Below the pieces are notes generated by a model. That model saw nothing but the letters and a program-made list of their open reading frames with translations. It made no database searches and was not told where the DNA came from. 64,000 nt of DNA, taken from an uncultured Chloroflexia bacterium. Lineage in GTDB: Bacteria > Chloroflexota > Limnocylindria > Limnocylindrales > CSP1-4. A program made the translations under genes and the position numbers. This document shows positions 56,555-64,000 of this stretch, piece after piece; positions within the stretch are counted from its first letter, which is position 1; every line of letters starts with the position of its first letter. The DNA lies in the NCBI GenBank assembly GCA_963749705.1, contig CAVVNQ010000011.1, positions 63,634 through 127,633 on the forward strand, in the 5' to 3' direction.

Positions 56555-57145
56555 TCAGCTGGTGGAATGCTGATCGTGCCGGGTCAGCCGCGATGTCGAC
56601 GGTGTCCAACGTTCGGCGTGCTCTCGAACCCGCGTGGCCAGCAGCACGCTCGAGATCCCGAACACGATGGACCAGATCGCGAGCACCCAGATCACCGACA
56701 GCAGACCGGATCCGGGGAAGATGGCCAGGTACAGGCCGAAGATGATCGCGATCGCGCCGCCGATGGCCATCCACAGCTCGCCCGCGATCTCGCGGCGCAG
56801 GGTGATGGCCGCCCAGAGCTGCAGGATCCCGAGCGCGATCGACCAGAAAGCGACGACATACAGGAGGGCGAGGGCCGTGATCCCGGGCCAGACGATCGCG
56901 ACGACCCCCGCGGCGATCCCGACGACGCCCATGATCCCGACCATCCAGCCGGGTCGTCGGCGGGCGCCGCCCCGCGCCAGCGAAACCAGCAGGGACACAC
57001 CGTCCACCAACGCGTAGACGGCGAACAATGCGATCAGGACGACGAGGGTCAGCCCTGGCCAGACCAGGGCCAGCACCCCGAAAGCGATCGCGGCAAATCC
57101 GCGAATTGCGAACAGCCACCAGCTGCGGCTGAGCATCTCGAGCAT
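56555..57145 (-). CDS. HdeD (DUF308) family membrane protein
   Basis: 'SWWLFAIRG..AIAFG.LAL.WPG'; SD AGGAG. Confidence 0.92.
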   Translation of the reverse strand: MLEMLSRSWWLFAIRGFAAIAFGVLALVWPGLTLVVLIALFAVYALVDGVSLLVSLARGGARRRPGWMVGIMGVVGIAAGVVAIVWPGITALALLYVVAFWSIALGILQLWAAITLRREIAGELWMAIGGAIAIIFGLYLAIFPGSGLLSVIWVLAIWSIVFGISSVLLATRVREHAERWTPSTSRLTRHDQHSTS

Positions 57146-57389
57146 CGACGTTCTCCTGACTGACCTGATGGTGACGATCAGGCCTCCGATACGGGCTCCT
57201 GCGAGGGCAGCCCCATCGCCAAGAACCTACAGCACCGCGCGGAGCAGGCGCCTCAGCGGCACCGAGCCGCACGTTGCGGACAACTTGCATCGGGCCGACC
57301 GGCGGCCCCGCGAGGTCGCTGCGACCCCGGCGCCGACCAGGCGTCCCGTTCTGATAGCGTCCGCTCGATGCCCCATACCGAAGGTCCCG

Positions 57390-57772
57390 CCTCGTATCGC
57401 CGAGGTGACCAGCGAGAGCGTCGCCGGCAGGATCGAGGCGCCACCGATGCCCTGCAGCAGCCGGGCGACGATCAGCAGGCCACCGGTGGGGGCCAGGCCG
57501 GCGAAGAGCGATGCACCGGCGAAGACGACCAGGCCGCCCAGGAAGACCTTGCGCCGTCCCAGCAGGTCGCCCAGCCTGCCGAGCGTCACCAGCAGCGCGG
57601 CGAAGACCAGGCTGTAGACGGTGTTGACCCATTCGGCGGCAGTGAAGTCGATCCCCAGGTCCTCGATGATCACCGGGATCGCGACGTTCACGATCGAGAC
57701 GTCGACGATGATCATCGAGACGCCCAGGCTGAGCATGCCCAGGCCGATCCAGCGGTTGCGGTTTCCTGACAC
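57390..57772 (-). pseudogene. Truncated DHA2/EmrB-type MFS transporter
   Basis: 'IIVDVSIVNVAIP', 'GRLGDLLGRRK', 'ARLLQGIGG'; similarity ends after about 125 aa. Confidence 0.8.
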
Positions 57773-57851
57773 GGACCTTCCTTTCTCTCTGCCGACGATG
57801 GTACGAGCCTTGTCGGTCGGCCGATGAACCGGTGCTCGCTAGACTCGTGCC

Positions 57852-59000
57852 GTGAGCCCTTCTTCCGCGGCGCCCCAGGCGCTCGTGCTCAGCATCGGCA
57901 GCGAGCTGCTGGCCGGCGAGACGGTCGACACCAACGCCACCTTCCTGGCGCGTGAGCTGGGCATCCTTGGCCTGGAGCTGATCGGTGTCCGCCAGCTGCC
58001 CGATGACCGCGGTCGGCTGGCCGATGCTTTCGGAGAGGCGCGCGCCTCGGTCGACCTGGTGCTGGCGACTGGCGGCCTGGGGCCCACGCACGACGACGTC
58101 ACGCGCGAGGCGCTCGCCGACGCCCTGGGCGAGGAGCTGGCGGACGATCCGGCGCTGGAGCAGGGGCTCCGCCAGCGGTTCTCCGCCTCCGGCGCCATGC
58201 CGGCCAGCAACCTGCGCCAGGCCCTTCGCATCCCATCGGCCCGAGCGCTGGCCAATCCCATCGGCTCGGCGCCGGGCTGGTGGGTGGACCGGCCGGATGG
58301 CGCCGTGGTGGCGCTGATGCCCGGCGTTCCATCCGAGATGCGGCGCATGTGGACGGAGCAGGTGGCGCCGCGGTGCCGGGACCGATTCACGCTGGCGCCG
58401 CTGGCCACGCGGACGGTGAAGACCTTCGGCCTCGGCGAGTCAACCGTGGCGGACCGCCTTGGCTCGCTGCTCGAGTCGCCGGGCACGGGCGTTGTCGCGG
58501 GGATCTACGCGCGCGACGACGGCGTGCACCTGCGCTTCTCGACGCGAGCCAGCGCCGAACGCCTGGATGGGCCGATGCAGACTGCCGTGTCAGCGCTCGA
58601 AGGGCACGTCTGGGGCACCGATGCGGACGATCTCGCATCGGTCGCGCTGGCCGCCCTGGGCGCCGGTGGTGCGACGACCGTCGCCTCCTGGGAGGCCGAT
58701 ACGGAAGGTGCCCTGCTGGCAATCCTGGCTGGCGCGGTGCGCACCGATGGCAGCGCGCGCTACGTGGGCGGGATACTGGACCTCGACGGCGACTCCGGGC
58801 CGCCACTCGCCGATGCGGTCATTCAAGTCTCGCTCCTGCCGCAGGACGCCAGCGGGCGGAGCCGCGTGCGCGTCTCGGTGAGCGGCCATCCCTCGCTGCC
58901 AATGGCCGAGCTCCGCATCCACGGCAGCGGGCCCCAGCGCCTGCGCCGCGCGGCGTTCGCCGCGCTCAACCACGTCCGCCGTGGGCTGTCCGCAAGCTAG
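57852..59000 (+). CDS. cinA: CinA family protein with degenerate C-terminal domain
   Basis: 'IGSELLAG..VDTN', 'TGGLGPTHDDVT', 'N.RQA', 'PGVPSEM', 'GLGES'. Confidence 0.88.
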   Translation: MSPSSAAPQALVLSIGSELLAGETVDTNATFLARELGILGLELIGVRQLPDDRGRLADAFGEARASVDLVLATGGLGPTHDDVTREALADALGEELADDPALEQGLRQRFSASGAMPASNLRQALRIPSARALANPIGSAPGWWVDRPDGAVVALMPGVPSEMRRMWTEQVAPRCRDRFTLAPLATRTVKTFGLGESTVADRLGSLLESPGTGVVAGIYARDDGVHLRFSTRASAERLDGPMQTAVSALEGHVWGTDADDLASVALAALGAGGATTVASWEADTEGALLAILAGAVRTDGSARYVGGILDLDGDSGPPLADAVIQVSLLPQDASGRSRVRVSVSGHPSLPMAELRIHGSGPQRLRRAAFAALNHVRRGLSAS

Positions 59001-59018
59001 CGCTCGAAGGAGATGCAG

Positions 59019-59048
59019 CGAGGCCCGCCGGCGGACCGGCGGGCCTCG
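59019..59048. terminator. Hairpin between convergent genes
   Basis: cgaggcccgccgg-cgga-ccggcgggcctcg (13-bp stem). Confidence 0.7.
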
Positions 59049-59073
59049 GATAGAGAGCTAGGATCGTCGTGGG

Positions 59074-61314
59074 TCAGGCGCCGTCCGCCTTCTCCGCGCC
59101 ATTGACCAGCAAGCTGTATGGCTGGTACAGCGTGCTGCTCTCGGACGCCGGGATTCCGGAGACGATGGCCACGACCTTCGCGTAGCCTGCCAGGGCTGCC
59201 AGGTCAGCACCCGACAGCGTGTAGTCGTTCGCCGACGACAGGGTCGGTCGAACGACCTGCACGGAAGCTCCAGCGGTCACGTCACCGTAGGGGTCGACCG
59301 TGCCGTTGATGCCCACCACGGCGAGTCCGAAGGTGAGCGGCAGCGGGCTGAAGAATTTCAGGTTATCCCAACCGGTGAGGTCGCCCGGCGTGCCGAGATC
59401 GACGCCATCGAGCTGGATGTTCTTGACATGCCATCCATCGAACTCGACCGCCGGGTCGGTCATCAGCCGGAAGGCGATGTAGTCCGATCCTGCCGGCAGA
59501 GCGGGGCACGTCACGTGCACCGGCGCGCCGGCGCTGCCGGCTGTATCGGTGTATCCGGGCATGTTGGCCACGATGCTCGGGATCGCCCCCGGATCATGAT
59601 CCGAGGTCGTGCCGTCGCAGGCCAGCGACTGCCAGGTCTGGCCATCATCGGTCGAAACCTGGACGAAGCCATAGTCCCAGCCGAGCTCCATGGCGTAGAA
59701 ATGGTCGAAGCTCAGAACCTCGCCATCATGGCCCGCCACACTGCGGGCGATGCTGACGTCCGCGTTATCAGCATAGTGATCGGTCCCCGACACGTCGGGA
59801 TTGGTGAAGTAGCCGTCACTGTCAACGACCCACTGCGGGCCTGACGGGTACACGAACTCGTCAGCGCCGTTGAACACCACTGACGAGAGAGCGGCGCCCG
59901 AGCCGAGGTCGATGTAGTCCGAGCCCCACGGTGGGGCACCCGGGGTGTCATTTGCCTCGGGCGTGAAGTTGATCGTCGCCTCGGTCGCTGCGTTCTGGAA
60001 GTCAGCCGCTGCACCTCCGCTCACGCTGGCCCCGTTGTCGAGGTAGCCGTCGACCAGTGCCGCGATCTCATTGTTGGCAAACAGGTCAGCGAATGTCGAG
60101 CTGATCCCGAAGTCGGCGAGCGTCGCGTTCAGGCCAGCGATGCCGTCGGCCTGGTTGTGCTGCCATGCGTGGAAGAAGTCCCGGCCTAGCCCTTGGCCGT
60201 TGAGGTAGTTCATGAAGAACATGGCGTTGCCGTAATCAGCCAGGATCTCGCCAGGTCCCTGGTCGCCCCACGCCGTCAGGCCATTCTCCGGTCCGCTGTC
60301 GTAGGTGATCGGGTTCCAATCCGGATGGAAGACGCTCAGCCACCCAAGGAAGGCCTGGGTGTGGCTGTCATACCCCTTCTCGTCAACGTGACGATCGAGG
60401 TGGGCGTATCCGGTGATGACCTCGGTGAAGTCACTCAGGCCCTCGTTGACCCAGCTCGGCTCGCTCGGATCGGTGTAGTGGTGCAGCAGGTGCTGGTACT
60501 CGTGCGCGAAGACGCCCTCGTACAGGTTGGGCCGCGCCGGCGCGCTCGTGCACGGATCGGTCGTGGGCTCGTGTGGCGGATCATCACCGGTTCGGTGGAG
60601 CCAGTCCCACGAGTCGACGGACATGACGGTCCGGTCGAAGTAGTCGTCGAACACCGAGTAGAAGAAGCCGGCAATGTATGAGTTGGTGTGCTCGTTGTTC
60701 GGGTCGTAGTAGTTGTCGTCGCGGACGTTGTCCACCAGCACGACGACGTTGTCACCCTCGCCCCGGTAATAGCTCTGTGGCAGACCGAGCTGCTTCGCGA
60801 GAACGGCCTTGTTGCCCTTGCGATTCGGCGGAGTGCTCCACCAGTCCGACTCGATCGGGTACATGTTGTTGTCGAACTGATCGATTAGGTAGTTGACCTG
60901 ATCGTTGGTAATGACGTTTCGAACGCCGTCGTTCCGGCAATCGGTATAGGTGAACGGCGTCCCCGTCCTCGGATCAATCTGGCCTTCGACCGGGAAGTTG
61001 AGGTTGGTGGCAACCCAGACCTCCGCATGCACGCCGACGGCACGAAGCGTGTAGTTCTTGAGATAGATGACGCCGCGTGTATCGTCGAGCGCCAGCCACG
61101 TCTTCGTATCGCCGATGCTGGCCGGGCCGAGCGGCGGGTTGGCATTGCGGACGTCCGCCCGGTCCATCGGCAGGACTTCGCCGCCATTGAAGTTGGGGGT
61201 GTCCTGCTTCGGTGTGGCGTCACGGATCGGCTTTGCGGCGGCCGCCGTTCCGACGAGCGACAGCAGCAGGATCGCGCTCGTCAGCACGACCAAGGGTCTA
61301 CGTAGCGTTCTCAA
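59074..61314 (-). CDS. Secreted zinc metallopeptidase (M30/M6 immune inhibitor A-like)
   Basis: Signal peptide; HEYQH...WVNEGLS; C-terminal 'WDYGFV' InhA-type domain; TTG start after GGAGG. Confidence 0.88.
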   Translation of the reverse strand: MRTLRRPLVVLTSAILLLSLVGTAAAAKPIRDATPKQDTPNFNGGEVLPMDRADVRNANPPLGPASIGDTKTWLALDDTRGVIYLKNYTLRAVGVHAEVWVATNLNFPVEGQIDPRTGTPFTYTDCRNDGVRNVITNDQVNYLIDQFDNNMYPIESDWWSTPPNRKGNKAVLAKQLGLPQSYYRGEGDNVVVLVDNVRDDNYYDPNNEHTNSYIAGFFYSVFDDYFDRTVMSVDSWDWLHRTGDDPPHEPTTDPCTSAPARPNLYEGVFAHEYQHLLHHYTDPSEPSWVNEGLSDFTEVITGYAHLDRHVDEKGYDSHTQAFLGWLSVFHPDWNPITYDSGPENGLTAWGDQGPGEILADYGNAMFFMNYLNGQGLGRDFFHAWQHNQADGIAGLNATLADFGISSTFADLFANNEIAALVDGYLDNGASVSGGAAADFQNAATEATINFTPEANDTPGAPPWGSDYIDLGSGAALSSVVFNGADEFVYPSGPQWVVDSDGYFTNPDVSGTDHYADNADVSIARSVAGHDGEVLSFDHFYAMELGWDYGFVQVSTDDGQTWQSLACDGTTSDHDPGAIPSIVANMPGYTDTAGSAGAPVHVTCPALPAGSDYIAFRLMTDPAVEFDGWHVKNIQLDGVDLGTPGDLTGWDNLKFFSPLPLTFGLAVVGINGTVDPYGDVTAGASVQVVRPTLSSANDYTLSGADLAALAGYAKVVAIVSGIPASESSTLYQPYSLLVNGAEKADGA

Positions 61315-61534
61315 GGGTCCGCCTCCATTGCAAGCGAGTTATGACGCAGGTGGTCGAAAGCGTGCGTGAGTGGCCTGAAGCAGTACCTCCTCCCCGCTCG
61401 GTACCCGATGAGTCGAGCGCCGCTGCACCCAACATGCATGAAGCTCCGGTGAAAGGAACTCTAGGAATCCAAGGGGGCCATCGCAACCGGGGTCCGAAAG
61501 CTTGCGGTGCATGCCGACAACGGGACTGGAATGT

Positions 61535-61564
61535 GCGAGGGCCCGCCATGTGGCGGGCCCTCGC
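61535..61564. terminator. Hairpin downstream of the upstream peptidase gene
   Basis: gcgagggcccgcca-tg-tggcgggccctcgc. Confidence 0.7.
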
Positions 61565-61594
61565 GCGATCCGTTCGGCTGCAGTAGGAGAGCCC

Positions 61595-63718
61595 TTACTT
61601 CTTGCCGTTGCCTCGCGCCGTCCCGCCGGCGTTGCCGGTGTTCGTCAGCGTGAAGCTGTAGTTGGCATCCAGGAAGGTGAGATCGCCGGTCGGCATGTTC
61701 GACACGATCACCGCGAAACGGTCCTTGCTGGAGCGCATGCACGAGGTGTCGAAGCCGCCCTGCTGGATGTAGTCACCCTCGAAGCGGTAGACGAAGCCGG
61801 CTGCATCCACGATCTCACCGTCGGACACGGTGCCCGGGGTGAGGTCGCACGACGAGACGATCTGGATGACCCAGTTGTTGTTCTGCTCGCCGGTGGTCTC
61901 GTACCAGTTGCCCGGCTCCGAGCTGACGGTCGCCGGCGAACCATTGACCATCACGTCGTCGACGAACCAACCGGTGTCAAGGTATGCAGCGTCGGTCGAG
62001 TAGCGGAACCGCAGCGCCGTCGCACCTGCCGGCACGGTGCCGTTCAGGTGGATGTACTCGGGATCATCCACGAAGTAAGCGCCACCGGAGGTTCCAGTCA
62101 GCCCGTTGCCCTCGGTGTTGTTGCCCTGCGGGTCGTCGTTCGTGGTGACCTCGTTGGCGCTGTCGTCATAGAGGGGGATGGTGACCCAGTCGCCACCGAC
62201 CATGGCCTCGACGAAGCCGTAGTCCCAGCCCTCCTCGATGAAGTACCAGGTCCAGAAATCGAAGCTCTCGCCACCGGTGATGGCGGGCGCATCGACGCTC
62301 AGGATGTGGTCGCTCTGGCTCTCGTAGCCCGCGTACCAGTGCAGGTCACCGGAGTGCGCCGCCACCGCGGTGGTGTCGTCGCCGTCCATGGTGATCTGGA
62401 ACGTTGGGCCAGGGTTCCGGAACGTCTCGTAGCTGACGCCGAATGGCAGCGCCGTCTGACCCGGGACGTGCTTGTTGTGCATCCAGCGGGCCGGCGGCAT
62501 GGTGCCGGTGTAGATGCCACGCGGGCTATTCGGGAAGAAGATCTCGTTCGCGATCTCGATCGTCCAGCCACGGGTGATGGCCGTGCCGAAGTCGATGTTC
62601 GCAAAGTCGAACTCCGTGCCGTTCACCTCGGCATCCAGCCAGATGGCAACGGCCCAGTCCTTGAAGAAGTCCTCGGCGGACTCCAGCGCGGTCTCGCCCG
62701 CCTGCAGGGTGGCGTTGTACTCGTCGATCGCGGCCTGGACGCCGGCCATGCCATCGGCCGAGTCCTCGAAGATCAGCTGGATCAGGCGGTCTCCGTTCTG
62801 TCCGCTGTAGGTGAGATCAGGTGACAGATCGCCGCCGCCGTTGCCGCCAGCCTGCTCCCACATGTACAGGAAGTAGGTGTAGCTGGCTCCGTAGTTCTCG
62901 AGGCCGCCGCCCCATCGGGTCAGGCTGGTCTCGCGGTGGAAGACCTGATGGTAGAGGATGTGGCTGTCGTTGGTGTCGCCCCACCCGTTGAAGAAGATGG
63001 CCATGTCGGCCAGCCCCTCGTCGACCCAGGAGAGCTCGCCCGGATCGGAATAGTTCATGAGCAGGTGCTCGAGCTCGTGGGCGATCACGCCCTCGTAAAC
63101 CGGATCGGAGCCACCGACGCGATTCGCCCAGTCGAACGTATCGGTCACGATCACGTTCATGCCGTACTGGTCGATGAAGCCCGGGGCGAAGTAGCCGGCC
63201 GTGTACGTGTTCGCGTCGCAGTCGTAGAAGAAGTCGTCGAACACGTTGTAGGCGAGGACGACCAGCGCATCGCTGGACGGGTCCGCCGGATCGGCAAGGC
63301 CGATCTCGCCGTAGTGCTCCTCGTCCACGCGTACGATCTGGTTCGTCAGCTCATCGCCCAGGGTGTCGATCTGATCCTGCGTGATGAGATAGTCGCCCTC
63401 TTCGAACTTCGTCGGGCACGGATCGAAGTCGTCTCCCAGAGTCGGATCGATGCCCGGGCTCATGCCCAGCACGTCCTCGTTCCCGATGCTTCCCTCCGGG
63501 ACGTAGACGTACACGTCGGTCCCGTCCGTTGTCGTGTTGGCGTATGCCTTCTCAAAGGTGATGAAGACGTCGCCACCCGCCGCGCTGTCGCCGACGTTGA
63601 TGGTGATGGTGGCATCCCCGGGCGACGGGTCAGCCGCAAACGCAACCGGTGCGGAAATGCTGAATAGGGACAGCGCAAACACGCTTCCCAGCAAGATCCT
63701 GAGTGACCGCAGTCTCAA
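61595..63718 (-). CDS. Secreted zinc metallopeptidase (M30/M6 immune inhibitor A-like), paralogue
   Basis: Signal peptide; HELEH...WVDEGLA; 'EEGWDYGFV', 'LRFRYSTD'; TTG start after AAGGAGG. Confidence 0.88.
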   Translation of the reverse strand: MRLRSLRILLGSVFALSLFSISAPVAFAADPSPGDATITINVGDSAAGGDVFITFEKAYANTTTDGTDVYVYVPEGSIGNEDVLGMSPGIDPTLGDDFDPCPTKFEEGDYLITQDQIDTLGDELTNQIVRVDEEHYGEIGLADPADPSSDALVVLAYNVFDDFFYDCDANTYTAGYFAPGFIDQYGMNVIVTDTFDWANRVGGSDPVYEGVIAHELEHLLMNYSDPGELSWVDEGLADMAIFFNGWGDTNDSHILYHQVFHRETSLTRWGGGLENYGASYTYFLYMWEQAGGNGGGDLSPDLTYSGQNGDRLIQLIFEDSADGMAGVQAAIDEYNATLQAGETALESAEDFFKDWAVAIWLDAEVNGTEFDFANIDFGTAITRGWTIEIANEIFFPNSPRGIYTGTMPPARWMHNKHVPGQTALPFGVSYETFRNPGPTFQITMDGDDTTAVAAHSGDLHWYAGYESQSDHILSVDAPAITGGESFDFWTWYFIEEGWDYGFVEAMVGGDWVTIPLYDDSANEVTTNDDPQGNNTEGNGLTGTSGGAYFVDDPEYIHLNGTVPAGATALRFRYSTDAAYLDTGWFVDDVMVNGSPATVSSEPGNWYETTGEQNNNWVIQIVSSCDLTPGTVSDGEIVDAAGFVYRFEGDYIQQGGFDTSCMRSSKDRFAVIVSNMPTGDLTFLDANYSFTLTNTGNAGGTARGNGKK

Positions 63719-64000
63719 CTGAATCTCCTCCTTCAAATGCTGCACGACCGGCAGGCGAGGACTCCGATGACGCCGCGATTTCCTCCGGACCGCGGCGGAC
63801 TCACCACGAACCAACTGGTTCTCGAGTTCCGGACATCCCCACTCCCCCAAGCTCGACTGGTGCCGGCGTGCGGTGTGCGCGACCCAGGGCGGGTCGCGCC
63901 AGCAGGAGCCAAGGATACCCAAGCCGCTCCTGCTTCGTCCCGCTTCTCCCGGGAAGAGCGTTGCCAGCCGTCACCACCGGCCGATGAGCCTGACGGCGGC

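Noticed and set aside
61315-61534. Possible riboswitch in long leaders (also 63720-64000 and 840-1090)
   Set aside because: I recognised no conserved aptamer motif by eye. An Rfam/Infernal scan would be needed.
1-64000. rRNA, tRNA, integrase, transposase or prophage genes
   Set aside because: None was recognised; nearly all of the sequence is accounted for by other CDSs.

Overview
Very GC-rich bacterial DNA, densely coding, with about 65 genes. The gene repertoire and frequent leaderless promoters suggest a Chloroflexota- or Actinomycetota-like organism, but this is inference only. I saw no rRNA, tRNA, CRISPR array or transposase. Main blocks: (i) 1-7.1 kb, an operon with a C45 Ntn-hydrolase, a FecBCDE-type ABC importer and a GntR regulator; (ii) 7.1-11.9 kb, a ChrB-like regulator divergent from COG4280 membrane protein, small membrane protein, tldD and pmbA; (iii) 12-32 kb, assorted housekeeping and accessory genes; (iv) 31.9-46 kb, the most notable region: a MerR-ArsC fusion with a 19-bp-spacer MerR promoter, two hemerythrins, PadR, an operon arsR-dsrE2-dsrE-tusA-mvhD(variant)-hdrL-hdrA-wHTH-qmoC-like that lacks hdrB/apr/dsr, a divergent arsR-arsP-thioredoxin unit, and a beta-propeller plus MoaD pair; (v) 46-64 kb, Pat acetyltransferase, a DUF6062-kinase fusion, an uncharacterised three-gene envelope operon, a truncated MFS gene, a CinA-like gene and two tandem secreted metallopeptidases. 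All family assignments come from motif recognition by eye, not from database searches.
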